Assembly: GCA_049514315.1 (NCBI GenBank)
Contig: JBEKVD010000003.1
Location: 6,049-70,048 of the forward strand
Source: Candidatus Limnocylindrales bacterium
GTDB lineage: Bacteria; Chloroflexota; Limnocylindria; Limnocylindrales; CSP1-4
Direction of reading: 5' to 3'
Length of the DNA: 64,000 nt
Of the stretch, positions 38,380 to 51,125 are shown in pieces. Numbering within the stretch: the stretch's first letter is position 1; every line of letters begins with the position of its first letter. The position numbers and the translations under genes were made by a program. Below the pieces are notes generated by a model, which did not search any database, was not told the DNA's origin, and saw nothing but the letters and a program-made list of their open reading frames with translations.

Positions 38380-38859
38380 CTACTCGCCGGGCGGCTCTTC
38401 GGTCGGCGGCCGTGCCGGATGGCGCAGCGCTTCGTGTTCTCCCCTTGGCATTCGGCGGGCTCCGCGCTCCGCCAGGCGGATCCGAATCAGCGCCCGCTGA
38501 AGGGCAGCTCGCGCGCTCGCCAGATCTGCGGGCTCCACGAATCCGCCTTCCAGGACGCGCTCCGCCTCGCGCCGGGCGCGCTCGGCCCGCTCCAGATCGA
38601 TGTCCGAGGCTAGATCGGCCATCTCGGCGAGAACCATGACTCGATCCGGACGGACCTGCACGAAGCCGCCGAAGATGGCGAACTCCTCCTCCTGGTCACC
38701 GCGCTTGAGGCGCAGGACTCCCTGGCCGAGCAGCGAGAGCAGGGGGGCATGATGCGGCAGGATTCCGAGCTCCCCCTCGCTTCCGGGCACGATGACCTCG
38801 TCGACGTCGCCCTCAAAGGCTCGTCCCTCTGAAGTCACGATCTCCAGGTGGATGGGCAA
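38380..38859 (-). CDS. atpC: F1 ATP synthase epsilon subunit
   Basis: LEIVTSEGRAFEGDVDEVIVPGSEGELGILPHHAPLLS. TTG start. About 25-aa C-terminal extension. Confidence 0.9.
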   Translation of the reverse strand: MPIHLEIVTSEGRAFEGDVDEVIVPGSEGELGILPHHAPLLSLLGQGVLRLKRGDQEEEFAIFGGFVQVRPDRVMVLAEMADLASDIDLERAERARREAERVLEGGFVEPADLASARAALQRALIRIRLAERGARRMPRGEHEALRHPARPPTEEPPGE

Positions 38860-39032
38860 CTACTGCGTCCCTTCACATCGTCGCGGTGGGGATCCGGGGC
38901 GGGCGGCCCGAGCGCAATGACCCCGCGTGTCGGCGCCGCCATGTCGAACGCCGTCGCCGGAGCGACGGGACCCCGACGCGAAGCCAGGCAGCGCCGAGCG
39001 GGGCGCAGAAGCGAGCGACTTGGGGGACGTGG

Positions 39033-41335
<2,303 letters not shown>

Positions 41336-41353
41336 GCTGCCTCTTTCCGGCTT

Positions 41354-42886
41354 CTAGGCGAGGAATGTCTGGCGGAACTCGACCGCCGCCGCTTCCAGGG
41401 CCGCTGCCGTGTCATCGTCGAGGACCTTGGTGGTGGCGAGCCTCTGCATGACATCGGTGCGTTGCGTGTCCAGGAAGCGCACGAACTGCCCCTCGAAGTC
41501 GCGTACGCGCGGCGTGGGTATGTCGTCGAGAAGTCCCCTGGTGGCGACATACAGGATCGCCACCTGTCGCTCCAGCGGGACGGGCTGGTACTGGGGTTGC
41601 TTGATGACCTCGGATAGCTTCTCGCCCCGGGTCAGCTGGTCCCGGGTGGCTTTGTCCAGGTCGGACGCAAACTGCGCAAAGGCGGCCAGCGAGCGGTACT
41701 GGGCCAGGTCCAGCTTCAGTGGCGCCGCGACCCTCTTCATCGCCTTCGTCTGGGCGGCCGAGCCAACCCGGGAGACCGAGATGCCGATGTTCAGGGCGGG
41801 CCTCTGGCCCGAGTTGAAGAGATCCGTCTCCAGGAAGATCTGGCCATCCGTGATGGAGATCACGTTGGTTGGGATGTAGGCGGAGATGTCTCCCGCCTGC
41901 GTCTCGATCAGCGGCAGCGCGGTCAGCGACCCGCCACCGTTTTCGCTGCTCATCCGAGCGGCTCGCTCGAGGAGGCGGCTGTGGAGGTAGAAGACGTCCC
42001 CGGGGTAGGCCTCGCGGCCGGGCGGTCGACGCAGCAGCAGCGACATCTCGCGATACGCCCAGGCATGCTTGGACAGGTCGTCGTAGACGCAGAGTGAGTC
42101 CTTGACCAGCTGCCCGCCGATCGTGACGCCGTTCTCCATGACCTCCTCGCCCATCGCGCAGCCGGCGTACGGGGCGAGGAACTGGAGGGCGGCGGATTCC
42201 TCGGCCCCGGCCACGACGACGATGGTGTGCTCCATCGCCCCGTGCTGCTCGAGGACGGCCACGACCTTGGCCACTGTCGAGAGCTTCTGGCCGATCGCCA
42301 CGTAAATGCAGACCAGCCCCTTGCCCCTCTGGTTGATGATCGTGTCGATGGCGAGGGCGCTCTTGCCGGTCTGGCGATCGCCGATGATCAGCTCGCGCTG
42401 GCCACGACCGATCGGGATCAGGGCATCGATCGCCTTGATGCCGGTCTGGACCGGCGTATCCACACCCTGGCGGGCGATGACGCCCGGGGCGATGCGCTCG
42501 ACCGGGCGAGTGGTCGCGGCGGAGATCGGACCCTTGTCGTCGAGGGGTCGGCCGAGCGGGTCGACAACCCGGCCGAGCAGGCCGACCCCCACCGGCACCT
42601 CCACGACGCGGCCCGTGGTCTTGACCGTGTCGCCCTCCTTGATCCCCGTGGCGTCGCCGAGGATGACCGCGCCGACGGTCTCCTCTTCGAGATTGAGAGC
42701 GAGGCCCATGACGCCGCCGGGGAACTCGAGCAACTCCGATGAGAGGGCGCCGGAAAGGCCGTAGATGTGGGCTATGCCGTCACCGACGTCGACCACCGTG
42801 CCGACGCTGCGCGACTCGGACGTGGTGTCGAAGTGCTCGATCGTGTTCTTGATGATGCTGACGATCTCGTCTGAGCGAATGGCCAT
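41354..42886 (-). CDS. atpA: F1 ATP synthase alpha subunit
   Basis: Walker [19 protein letters not shown] 42886 is preceded by GGAGAAGG. The 211-codon upstream extension of the ORF overlaps atpH and is Arg-rich junk. Confidence 0.97.
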   Translation of the reverse strand: MAIRSDEIVSIIKNTIEHFDTTSESRSVGTVVDVGDGIAHIYGLSGALSSELLEFPGGVMGLALNLEEETVGAVILGDATGIKEGDTVKTTGRVVEVPVGVGLLGRVVDPLGRPLDDKGPISAATTRPVERIAPGVIARQGVDTPVQTGIKAIDALIPIGRGQRELIIGDRQTGKSALAIDTIINQRGKGLVCIYVAIGQKLSTVAKVVAVLEQHGAMEHTIVVVAGAEESAALQFLAPYAGCAMGEEVMENGVTIGGQLVKDSLCVYDDLSKHAWAYREMSLLLRRPPGREAYPGDVFYLHSRLLERAARMSSENGGGSLTALPLIETQAGDISAYIPTNVISITDGQIFLETDLFNSGQRPALNIGISVSRVGSAAQTKAMKRVAAPLKLDLAQYRSLAAFAQFASDLDKATRDQLTRGEKLSEVIKQPQYQPVPLERQVAILYVATRGLLDDIPTPRVRDFEGQFVRFLDTQRTDVMQRLATTKVLDDDTAAALEAAAVEFRQTFLA

Positions 42887-42951
42887 GCCTTCTCCGTTCG
42901 GCCGTTGCAGCTCCGGTCCGCCGGCCGGTTGTCGACTCCGGCCTGCCGCGG

Positions 42952-43494
42952 CTAGCTCGTTCTCTGGACCAACTGTCCTCGCAGCCGCTCCAGGCGGCCC
43001 CGGAGGCTGGCGTCGATCAATCGGTCGCCGATCCTGATGGTCAATCCTCCCAGCAGCGTCCGATCGATAGTCGTCCTCAGTTCTACACTCGTGCCGGCCA
43101 GCTTCTCGACGCGCCCGCGGACCTGAGCGAGCTCCGTCTCCGAAAGTGGACCCGGCGTGGCGACAGTCGCCGCGACGATGCCGCGAGAACCTCGAACGAG
43201 CGCATCGTACTCGGCGCTCACATCGGGCAGGATGGCGAAGCGTCCGCGTTGGGCGAGGAGCAGGCACAGATTGCGCGCCTGCAGCGAAACCAGGCTGCCG
43301 AGGAGTTCCTCGACCACCTTGCGCCGCGCTGCGAAGGGCACGGCCGGGCTGTCCACGGCCCGAGCCACCCGCTCGTCTCGGGCCAGCCCGGAGACTATGG
43401 CAAGGTCGCGCTGCCAGGCGTCGACGGTGCCGTCTCGCTGTGCCAGCTGGAATGCCGCGTCTGCATAGCGCCGCCCGGCGCCGCTGCGAAGCAT
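42952..43494 (-). CDS. atpH: F1 ATP synthase delta (OSCP) subunit
   Basis: [11 protein letters not shown] ... [15 protein letters not shown] ... [25 protein letters not shown]. Confidence 0.9.
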   Translation of the reverse strand: MLRSGAGRRYADAAFQLAQRDGTVDAWQRDLAIVSGLARDERVARAVDSPAVPFAARRKVVEELLGSLVSLQARNLCLLLAQRGRFAILPDVSAEYDALVRGSRGIVAATVATPGPLSETELAQVRGRVEKLAGTSVELRTTIDRTLLGGLTIRIGDRLIDASLRGRLERLRGQLVQRTS

Positions 43495-44060
43495 CAGTTC
43501 GGCCGCCCCTCCGTCGCATCGCCGCCCGCGAGGAACTCGTCGACGAGGCGGTGTTGGCGGGCGTCGCTCATCGACTCACCGATGACTTTGCCGGCGGTGA
43601 CGAGGACAAGGTCGGCGACCTGGGCTCGCAGATCAGCCATGGCGCGATCGCGCTCCGCGGCGATGTCGGCGGCGGCTTTGTCGCGCAACCGATCCAGCTC
43701 TGCGCGAGTCGCGGCGATATCCGCGTCTCGCAGTTCCTGGGCCGACTTCTGGGCCGCGGCAAGGAGGCCCTGGGCGTCGCGTCTTGCATCGCCGATCATG
43801 CGAACGCGGTCGGCCGTCGCAGCGTCCCGATCCTTGCGGGCCTGCTCGGCGTCGGCAAGCCCCTGTTCGATGCGAGCCTTGCGCCCGGCCAGGATATTCG
43901 CGATCGGGCGGAAGCCGAAGATCCAGATCAAGGCCAGGAAAAGAAGGAAGTTGAGGGCGGCAACGATCACCCAGAACAGGTTGATCGACAGCCCCGACGA
44001 TGCGGAGGCCGACGCAGTTGCTGCCGCAGCCGTTGCGGCGGCTGTCGCCAGGGGATTCAC
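43494..44060 (-). CDS. atpF: Fo ATP synthase subunit b
   Basis: Single N-terminal TM segment, then a long charged helix ([22 protein letters not shown]...). Position in the operon. Confidence 0.88.
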   Translation of the reverse strand: MNPLATAAATAAAATASASASSGLSINLFWVIVAALNFLLFLALIWIFGFRPIANILAGRKARIEQGLADAEQARKDRDAATADRVRMIGDARRDAQGLLAAAQKSAQELRDADIAATRAELDRLRDKAAADIAAERDRAMADLRAQVADLVLVTAGKVIGESMSDARQHRLVDEFLAGGDATEGRPN

Positions 44061-44084
44061 CCGACTTGCTCCGTCCCGTCCGAG

Positions 44085-44303
44085 CTACGTGAGAAAGAGC
44101 GCCAGCAGGCCGACGACGATCGCCAGAACGCCGAGACCTTCTGCGAAGCCGGCCAGGATGATCGCCAGGCCGCGGATCTGGCCGGCGGCGTCCGGGTTGC
44201 GGCCGATCGCGTTGCTGGACAGGCCGGCCAGGATGCCGATCCCGATGCCGGGCCCGATCACACCAAGGGCGGCCAGGCCTGCTCCGATGTGCTCTGTCGC
44301 CAT
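44085..44303 (-). CDS. atpE: Fo ATP synthase subunit c
   Basis: 72-aa hairpin GAGLAALGVIGPGIGIGILAG..RNPD..LAIILAGFAEGLGV with the essential carboxylate. AGGAGG precedes ATG 44303. Confidence 0.93.
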   Translation of the reverse strand: MATEHIGAGLAALGVIGPGIGIGILAGLSSNAIGRNPDAAGQIRGLAIILAGFAEGLGVLAIVVGLLALFLT

Positions 44304-44355
44304 TGTCAAAACCTCCTGCGCTCCGGTCCACGGCCGGGTGTCGAGTGATGGGCGG

Positions 44356-45420
44356 TCAGGCCGCCACGGACTGAAGGCTGTCGGCGCCGGGGGGCCCCGG
44401 TAACGGCGCCCCTGCAGCGGCAGGCTGATGTTCTTCCGTGCCGTGGCCCTCGATGGCAATCAGGATAAACATGAGGGTCAGGACCGAGAAGATGAGGGCC
44501 TGGATCAGATTGAGCAGAGACTCGAGGCCGATCAGGGCCACGGGAACCACCGCCAGCGTGAGGGCCGTGATTACGGCCAGGGCCACCTCCCCACCGTAGA
44601 TGTTGCCAAAGAGTCGCATCGAGAGCGTAACGGGCTTCACGAACTCAAGGAAGAGCTCGATGATCCCGACGTACATGGCCAGGAGCCCCGCCCCGATCCC
44701 GTGGCGGAACTCCCCGATCGGGAAGAACTTACCGAGGTAACCACGGATCCCGAGTCGCCGGAACCCCTCTCCCTCGAAGACCATGAACGAGGTCAGCGCC
44801 AGCCCGATCGTGACGTTGACATCACTGGTAGGCGCGCGTAGCTGCTCGATCTTACCGACCGGGGGGACCAGACCGCTCCAGTTCGAGAACAGGATGAAGA
44901 TGAAGTAGGCGGCGAAGATCGGGAAGTACCGCCGCGCCCCCTCGCCCCCGATTCCGACGGCGAAGTCGTAGCCGAACTCGTACGCCCACTCGACGGCGTT
45001 CTGCAGCCGGCCGGGAACCAGCCGCATTCGCCGCGTGGCGACGAAGGCCAGCAGCAGAATGAAGATCATCACGATCCACATGGTCAGGATCGTGGAGCTG
45101 ATGCTGGGGTGGAAGTAAACCATCGGAGCGGTAGCTGGAGCCGTCGCAGGCGAGAGATCCAGCACGATTGCCGGTGGCGGGAACTCGATCACGCTCGTGA
45201 TATAGCAGCTCGGGAAGGCGCAAGCCTGGCCGGGCTGGCCACCCGCGGGGAAGGGCGGAACGAACCGTACCGCCAGGATGTCGAGAGCGACTGTGGCCAC
45301 GACCAGGAGCAGCAGAACCTGACCGGCCGAGGGGCGGCCTCGTTTCCCACCCCGGCGGGGCGGGAGTGGCCCCTCTTCAGCTTCGATGTTCTCGCGCCCT
45401 GCGGCGGCGTCGGTCGTCAC
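44356..45420 (-). CDS. atpB: Fo ATP synthase subunit a, with about 100-aa N-terminal extension
   Basis: Conserved LSMRLFGNIYGGE (essential Arg). GTG 45420 is preceded by GGAG. ATG 45123 would give a conventional 255-aa protein. Confidence 0.88.
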   Translation of the reverse strand: MTTDAAAGRENIEAEEGPLPPRRGGKRGRPSAGQVLLLLVVATVALDILAVRFVPPFPAGGQPGQACAFPSCYITSVIEFPPPAIVLDLSPATAPATAPMVYFHPSISSTILTMWIVMIFILLLAFVATRRMRLVPGRLQNAVEWAYEFGYDFAVGIGGEGARRYFPIFAAYFIFILFSNWSGLVPPVGKIEQLRAPTSDVNVTIGLALTSFMVFEGEGFRRLGIRGYLGKFFPIGEFRHGIGAGLLAMYVGIIELFLEFVKPVTLSMRLFGNIYGGEVALAVITALTLAVVPVALIGLESLLNLIQALIFSVLTLMFILIAIEGHGTEEHQPAAAGAPLPGPPGADSLQSVAA

Positions 45421-45456
45421 GCTTGCTCCGCCTCGCGGCCGCCCAGGGCTGCCGCA

Positions 45457-45690
45457 TCATCGATCCTCTTCATCGAGCCTCTTGAGGAACCTGACCATCA
45501 AGCGCCAGCAGCCGATCGAGCCGCTTGCGCCGCCGACCGCGAACCCGACCAGGACGAAGATCGGAACGGTCCCCAGGCGCTGGTCCAGCCAGTAGCCGGC
45601 GAGCGTGCCCGCCAGCACCGTGAAGAGGAGGACGAACCCGATCTCAGAGAAGAGGGCCACATAAGCAGACGTCTTCCCAAGGTCGTTCAT
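45457..45690 (-). CDS. atpI: AtpZ/AtpI-family small membrane protein
   Basis: 77 aa with two TM helices (FVLLFTVLAGTLAGYWLD; IFVLVGFAVGGASG). Lies immediately upstream of atpB. Confidence 0.75.
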   Translation of the reverse strand: MNDLGKTSAYVALFSEIGFVLLFTVLAGTLAGYWLDQRLGTVPIFVLVGFAVGGASGSIGCWRLMVRFLKRLDEEDR

Positions 45691-45786
45691 CGTTCTCCCT
45701 GCCAGGGCGCCGTGAGTTTACCAGCCGGTTCGCGGCAACGTTCAGCCCGGCCAGGGGGCCGATCTACGGACCTCCGTGCCGGGCGG

Positions 45787-47001
45787 TCAGGCGCCCTTTG
45801 ACGGATCGGGCCCGGTCTCCTCCGAACCGGCGACCTGCGTCTGCACCGACTGGCCCGACGTGCCGCCGCGCCCTCCGTTTGCGGTCGCATATGAAGTGGC
45901 GTCGAGGCTTTCCTGGATTGCGCTGGCGCCGCCACCAAGGCGCTCGATCAGCAGAAGCACGACCCCGAACAGCACGACCAGGCCCATGAAGGCATAAACC
46001 TTGCCGGTCCCGGACAGAACGAGCGACAGCACGGCCAGGAGGATGCACACGCCGTAGATGACCAGGACCGTGCCGCGGTGGGACAGGCCCAGGCCCAGCA
46101 GCCTGTGGTGGATGTGGCCCCGGTCCGCTCCAAATGGAGAGCGGCCGGCTGCCGTGCGCCTGACGATGATCCAGAACGTGTCCATGATCGGCACGCCGAG
46201 GACGAGCAGGGCGACGGCTATCTTCGCAGCGCCGAGGATCGACAGGACCGCCAGCGAATAGCCGACGAACATGATCCCGCTGGTCCCGCAGAAGATCGAG
46301 GCAGGGTGGAAGTTCCAGCGCAGGAAGCCGGCCAGGGACCCGGCCAGGATGAAGCAGAACAGGGCCACGAACGGCTCGTCCGTGCCGGGGCCCAGGCTGA
46401 TGGCGCCCAAAGTGATCGCGGCGATGAGGGCGATGCCCGTCGAAAGGCCGTCCAGACCGTCGATGAAGTTGATGCTGTTGACCATGCCCACGATCCAGAG
46501 GACGGTCGCGGTCGCGGCAATTGGACCGGCGAAGTGAAGATTGCCGTTCGCGGCGAGCGGGAAGTTGACGACGGTGACCGTCACACCCAGCGCCAGAGCC
46601 ACTCCGGCCAGGACGATCTGGCCGAGAAGCTGCCAGCGCGCGCGCAGCTGCAGGAAGTCATCCAGAAGCCCGATGCCGACGGCCAGGGCGCCTCCGCCCA
46701 GGAGGGCAGCGATCTGACTCGCCCCCACGCCCGCCGTCTCGTCCACGAAATGCCAGCCGACAACGAAGTCGAAAGCGAGCATCAACAGCGATACGGAGAT
46801 GAACCCGGCGGCAATCGCGATGCCGCCACCCCTGGCGACTGCCCGGGTGTTGACGCGGCGGGCTTCGGGCCTGTCGACCATTCCCCGTCCACGAGCGTAC
46901 GCACGAACCAGTGGGGTCGTGGCGAGGGTCACTATGCAGGCCAGCACGAACCCGACGACCAGGGCCGGAACGGCTTCCATTGCGTCGTTGGACAGGTTCA
47001 T
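45787..47001 (-). CDS. wecA: Undecaprenyl-phosphate GlcNAc-1-phosphate transferase (MraY/WecA GT4 family)
   Basis: MVNSINFIDGLDGL, HIHHRL and about 11 TM segments. Upstream-of-atp position as in actinobacterial rfe/wecA. Start set at ATG 47001. Confidence 0.88.
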   Translation of the reverse strand: MNLSNDAMEAVPALVVGFVLACIVTLATTPLVRAYARGRGMVDRPEARRVNTRAVARGGGIAIAAGFISVSLLMLAFDFVVGWHFVDETAGVGASQIAALLGGGALAVGIGLLDDFLQLRARWQLLGQIVLAGVALALGVTVTVVNFPLAANGNLHFAGPIAATATVLWIVGMVNSINFIDGLDGLSTGIALIAAITLGAISLGPGTDEPFVALFCFILAGSLAGFLRWNFHPASIFCGTSGIMFVGYSLAVLSILGAAKIAVALLVLGVPIMDTFWIIVRRTAAGRSPFGADRGHIHHRLLGLGLSHRGTVLVIYGVCILLAVLSLVLSGTGKVYAFMGLVVLFGVVLLLIERLGGGASAIQESLDATSYATANGGRGGTSGQSVQTQVAGSEETGPDPSKGA

Positions 47002-47107
47002 GGCGCGGTTTGACGGTTCGAGTTGGGCGAATTCGGCAGAGCCGCCCGATACGCCACCCCGTCGTCCCGGTCGAAGGATTCGCCTCGGCGCCGCTCGAAT
47101 GCCGTGG

Positions 47108-48388
47108 TCAGTCCTCCTGAAGTCCGGGAACGGGGAAGCGACCGCACATCTCACGGCCGATGGCCGCCAGGCGTGTTTGCTCGGTTGGATCGTCGCGGTT
47201 CACGATGGCTGACACGATGGCCTCGCCGATCTGGCGCATCTCGGGCTCTCGGAACCCGCGGCTCGTGGTGGCCGGAGTCCCGACCCGAATGCCGGAGGCG
47301 ATGTTGGGCGGATTCTTGTCGAACGGGATCGCGTTCTTGTTCACGGTGATCCCGATCTCATCCAGCAGGTGCTCTGCTTCGCGTCCGGTCACCCCGAGCG
47401 GCGTCACGTCGACCAGCATCAGGTGGTTGTCTGTGCCACCGGAGACGACGCGGGCGCCGTTGTCGGCGAGCGTGGCCGCCAGCAACTTCGCATTGACGAT
47501 CGTCTGGCGCTGGTCCGCGCGATACTCGTCGGTATCGGCAAGCTTGAGGGCGACGGCCTTGGCCGCGATCACGTGCATCAGCGGGCCGCCCTGGACGCCG
47601 GGGAAGACGCTCTTGTCGACTGCCCTGGCGAGATCCTCTCGGCAGAAGATCAATCCGCCGCGCGGGCCGCGCAGGGTCTTGTGAGTGGTGGTCGTAACGA
47701 TGTCGGCGTGACCAAAGGGGGTGGGGTGCAGACCGGCTGCCACGAGGCCGGCGACGTGGGCCATGTCCACCATGAGCAGAGCGCCCACGCCGTGGGCGAT
47801 GCTGCCGAAACGCTCGAAGTCGATGGTGCGGGGGTAGGCACTGGCGCCCGCGACGATCATCTTCGGCCGAACCTCGGCCGCCTGCTTCTCGAGCGCGTCG
47901 TAGTCGATCTGCTCGGTTGCCGGATCGACCCCGTAAGCATGCACCTCGAACCACTTGCCGCTGAAGTTCACCGGCGAGCCGTGGGTCAGGTGGCCGCCGT
48001 GGGCGAGGTTCATGCCGAGGATCCTGTCGCCGAGCTGCAGCACGCTGAGGTAGGCGGCCATGTTGGCCTGGGCACCGGAGTGAGGCTGCACGTTGACGTG
48101 CTCGGCGCCGGGGAAGAGCGCGAGAGCGCGATCCTGGGCAAGCCGCTCCGCGACGTCTACGAACTCGCAGCCGCCGTAGTAGCGCTTGCCGGGCAGACCC
48201 TCAGCGTACTTGTTGGTGAGCGACGAGCCCTGCGCTTCCATCACCGCCGCGAAGGTGTAGTTCTCGCTGGCGATGAGCTCGATCTTCCAGCGCTGGCGAT
48301 CGGCTTCGCCGCGAATGGCCGCCCATAACTCGGGGTCCACGTCTGCCAGCCGTGCCCAGGCGATCCCCTCTCGTCGCGCGATCGTCAT
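47108..48388 (-). CDS. glyA: Serine hydroxymethyltransferase
   Basis: [18 protein letters not shown]-like [10 protein letters not shown], and the PLP-lysine region [15 protein letters not shown]. Confidence 0.97.
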   Translation of the reverse strand: MTIARREGIAWARLADVDPELWAAIRGEADRQRWKIELIASENYTFAAVMEAQGSSLTNKYAEGLPGKRYYGGCEFVDVAERLAQDRALALFPGAEHVNVQPHSGAQANMAAYLSVLQLGDRILGMNLAHGGHLTHGSPVNFSGKWFEVHAYGVDPATEQIDYDALEKQAAEVRPKMIVAGASAYPRTIDFERFGSIAHGVGALLMVDMAHVAGLVAAGLHPTPFGHADIVTTTTHKTLRGPRGGLIFCREDLARAVDKSVFPGVQGGPLMHVIAAKAVALKLADTDEYRADQRQTIVNAKLLAATLADNGARVVSGGTDNHLMLVDVTPLGVTGREAEHLLDEIGITVNKNAIPFDKNPPNIASGIRVGTPATTSRGFREPEMRQIGEAIVSAIVNRDDPTEQTRLAAIGREMCGRFPVPGLQED

Positions 48389-48586
48389 GGTCGCTCCTTA
48401 CTGCCCCGATGAGGTGCCGCGCCTCATCGTCATCGGCCGGCCGGCGCCGCCTCGTGGCTTTCGCCGACCATACGCGCGGCTCCGGCCCGGGCCCTCGTAT
48501 TGTCGTCCATGGAGCGGTCGGCCGTCGCACCCTGGCAAGGAGGTAGCGCCGGCGTCACGGGCAGCCACGCGGCGACGGACCGCGGC

Positions 48587-49231
48587 TCACAGGGCGTGTG
48601 GAAGGCCCCCGTCTTGCAGGGCGCGGGCCAGGGTCACCGGATCGATGGCGCCAACCCGAAGAACCCGCGGCAGCTCGACGGAGCAATCGACGACCGTGGA
48701 AGGAACGCCCGCCCGGGCGGGGCCCCCGTCGAGGACCAGGTCGATGCGGTCCCCGAGCTGGGAGAGCACCCCGGCCGCATCGCGGGCATCGAGCCGGCCC
48801 GAGAGGTTGGCCGAGGTCACCGGCAGGGGCCCCAGCTCGCGGGCCAGGACGCGCGGGCAGTCATGGTCGGGCATCCGTACGCCGATCGTCGCAGCTCCGG
48901 CGGTCAGGGTCGCGGGCAGGACAGCGCCGCCCGCCTGAGCGAGCACCAGCGTCAGGCCGCCGGGCCAGAACCGTTCCGCCAGGAGCCGGGCCGCGGCCGA
49001 GAGGATTCCGACCGAGGCCGCCTGCTCGATGTCCGCGACCAGCAGCACTACGGCGCGGTCGAGCGGCCGATCCTTGGCCGCAAATAGCCTCCGGAGGCCG
49101 TCGGGAGCGCCCAGCGCCACCCCCAGGCCATAGACCGTGTCGGTCGGAACCGCCACCAGGCCGCCCGACCGGAGAGTGGCCACGGCCGCGGCACGCCCAA
49201 GGGCGTCGTCGGAAAGCAGCCGGGCCGTCAT
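48587..49231 (-). CDS. tsaC: L-threonylcarbamoyladenylate synthase (TsaC/YrdC-type, single domain)
   Basis: LRSGGLVAVPTDTVYGLG, TSANLSG and PSTVVD motifs. Confidence 0.9.
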   Translation of the reverse strand: MTARLLSDDALGRAAAVATLRSGGLVAVPTDTVYGLGVALGAPDGLRRLFAAKDRPLDRAVVLLVADIEQAASVGILSAAARLLAERFWPGGLTLVLAQAGGAVLPATLTAGAATIGVRMPDHDCPRVLARELGPLPVTSANLSGRLDARDAAGVLSQLGDRIDLVLDGGPARAGVPSTVVDCSVELPRVLRVGAIDPVTLARALQDGGLPHAL

Positions 49232-50154
49232 CGCCGATCGCCGTCGCCCCTGCGATCAGGGGAGGCGACACCGCCCGGACCGACCCAAACCGGAGCGGGA
49301 TCCGCGCCGGCCGTCGGCCGCCATCCGTCGAGGGCGATCCGCTCGATCATCTGGGCCGCGCCCTCTTCGCCGACAGGAGGCGCCACGAACCGAGCCGCTG
49401 CCTGCACGGCGGCCGGCGCGCTCGGCATTGCCACCCCGTGGCCAACCTCGCCGATCATCTCGAGATCGTTGTACTGGTCGCCGACGGCCAGGCATTGGCC
49501 CAGGGGGACTCCCAGGCGGCGAGCGAGCCAACGGACGGCCGATCCCTTCGACACACCAGGGGCGAGGAACTCGAGGAACCGAGGGTGGCTCAGTGTGACC
49601 TCCGCCCGGCCCGCGAAGTCGGCGCGTCCTTCATCGAGGACATCGATCGAGTGGTTGCCCTCCCCTAGGGCTACGACCTTCGTCACCGGGCCGTGTGCCC
49701 GGATCGCGATGTCGGGCACCAGTTGAAGCCGGTCCCCCACGAACAGCCGGTACTGACCGATGTTCGGCTCACTTGAGCCCACGATCATCCATTCCAGGTA
49801 GTTGAAATGGGGCGTCAGATCGCGTTGCAGGCACCAGCGAACGATCTCCACCGTGACTTCGGGTCGAAGGCGGCGGTGGTAGAGCAATCGACCGGGGCGC
49901 CCCGAGCCTGGATTGGCCATCGCCCGGACCAGGGCACCCTGCTGGGCGACGATCGGGCCGGTCAGCCTCAGGGCATCTGCGAATGGCATCGCGCTGATCG
50001 CCATGCGGCCCGTCACGAGGCAGACCGTGATTCCTCGACGGCCCGCCTCAGCGACCGCATCCCTCGTTCGCCGGCCAATCACCAGATCCTCATCCACGAG
50101 AGTGCCATCGATGTCGAGGGCAACCAGTCGAATCGGCAGAACGGGCTCGACCAT
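49228..50154 (-). CDS. Cof-type HAD-IIB phosphatase
   Basis: LVALDIDGTLV (DxDGT), VTGR and GDQYNDLEM motifs. About 40-aa C-terminal tail. ATGA overlap with tsaC. Confidence 0.82.
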   Translation of the reverse strand: MVEPVLPIRLVALDIDGTLVDEDLVIGRRTRDAVAEAGRRGITVCLVTGRMAISAMPFADALRLTGPIVAQQGALVRAMANPGSGRPGRLLYHRRLRPEVTVEIVRWCLQRDLTPHFNYLEWMIVGSSEPNIGQYRLFVGDRLQLVPDIAIRAHGPVTKVVALGEGNHSIDVLDEGRADFAGRAEVTLSHPRFLEFLAPGVSKGSAVRWLARRLGVPLGQCLAVGDQYNDLEMIGEVGHGVAMPSAPAAVQAAARFVAPPVGEEGAAQMIERIALDGWRPTAGADPAPVWVGPGGVASPDRRGDGDRR

Positions 50155-51104
50155 CAGCGCCCCGCGAATCCTTCGACGGCCCGCGTCCGCTCCACGTGGG
50201 CCAGCCGTGGCTGGCCCGAGAGATCGGATTGGATGCGGAAAGACCAGTTTCCGGGCAGCGCAGCCACGGTCGTCTCAACCGCCGGCCCCTGGTTCCAGCC
50301 GATTTCGACCAGGGCGGTTCCATCGGGCGCAAGCGCCGCAGGCAGCGTTTCGAGCAGCCGCCGGACGACGACCAGGCCATCGGGTCCGCCATCGAGCGCC
50401 CCGCGAGGCTCGAACGAAGCGGCGATCGGCAATTCGTCGACTTCCGCCGACGGGATGTAGGGCAGGTTGGCGACTATCAGGTCAAACGGAAGCTCGGTCG
50501 CCGGGAGCAGGTCCGCCCGCGCGAAGTGGATCTCCTCGCCCACGGCCTGGCCGACCGCGTTCTCGCGCGCGAGCTCGAGCGCATCGGCCGAGCTGTCGAA
50601 GGCCATGATCGTGACGTCGGGCAGCATCCGTCTCCTGCGCAGCAGCCAGGCCAGGGCGATCGCGATGGCGCCCGAACCAGTGCCCACGTCCGCGATCCGC
50701 AGGTTCGGTACTCCGGCCGGCCGCGGGGCCGACGTCAGGCGCCACGCCACCTCCCGCTCGGCCTCCGACACGAGAAGCTCAGTCTCCGGCCTCGGAATCA
50801 GCGCTCGACGGTCGACACCGATGGCAAGGCCGTGGAATTCCTTGAAGCCACGGATGTAGGCCACGGGCTCGCCGGCCTCACGGCGCGCCACGGCCGCCTC
50901 GAAGGCGGCAGCAGCCTCGGCCTCTAGCGGGGTTTCGGGGTGGGCGATCACGGAGGTTCGTTCGGCCCCGATCGCCCACCCGAGCAACAGCTCGGCGTCG
51001 AGTCTGGGGCTTTCCGACCCCGAGGTGCGAAGGCGAGTCGTAGCCGCCGCCAGGCACTCGCCGACGGTGATCACCAGCATCCCGCCACTAGCGCGGTTCC
51101 ACAC
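50154..51104 (-). CDS. prmC: Release-factor glutamine N5-methyltransferase
   Basis: SAM motif IADVGTGSGAIAI. Catalytic IVANLPYIP (an NPPY variant). Follows prfA. ATG 51080 is an alternative start. Confidence 0.9.
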   Translation of the reverse strand: MWNRASGGMLVITVGECLAAATTRLRTSGSESPRLDAELLLGWAIGAERTSVIAHPETPLEAEAAAAFEAAVARREAGEPVAYIRGFKEFHGLAIGVDRRALIPRPETELLVSEAEREVAWRLTSAPRPAGVPNLRIADVGTGSGAIAIALAWLLRRRRMLPDVTIMAFDSSADALELARENAVGQAVGEEIHFARADLLPATELPFDLIVANLPYIPSAEVDELPIAASFEPRGALDGGPDGLVVVRRLLETLPAALAPDGTALVEIGWNQGPAVETTVAALPGNWSFRIQSDLSGQPRLAHVERTRAVEGFAGR

Positions 51105-51125
51105 GCGCCGGGAAACGCAGACCGA

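Noticed and set aside
42887-43519. 211-codon N-terminal extension of the atpA ORF.
   Set aside because: It overlaps atpH and part of atpF in another frame and is Arg-rich junk. The conserved alpha-subunit N-terminus begins at ATG 42886, which has a GGAGAAGG Shine-Dalgarno sequence.
48389-48586. Possible ZTP (pfl) or other folate-related riboswitch in the 198-nt glyA leader. The minus strand reads ...UAUGGUCGGCGAAAGCCACGAGGCGG...GAUGAGGcgcggcaCCUCAUCGGGGCAGUAAGGAGcgaccAUG.
   Set aside because: Fragments resemble the GACUGGCG and CUGGGC pieces of the ZTP consensus. However, I could not place the P2 GGUGG/CCACC helix or the CCGCCUGGGC pseudoknot element. Only a 7-bp hairpin just upstream of the SD is clear. 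A covariance-model scan (Rfam RF01750) is needed, and I would not call it from sequence inspection.
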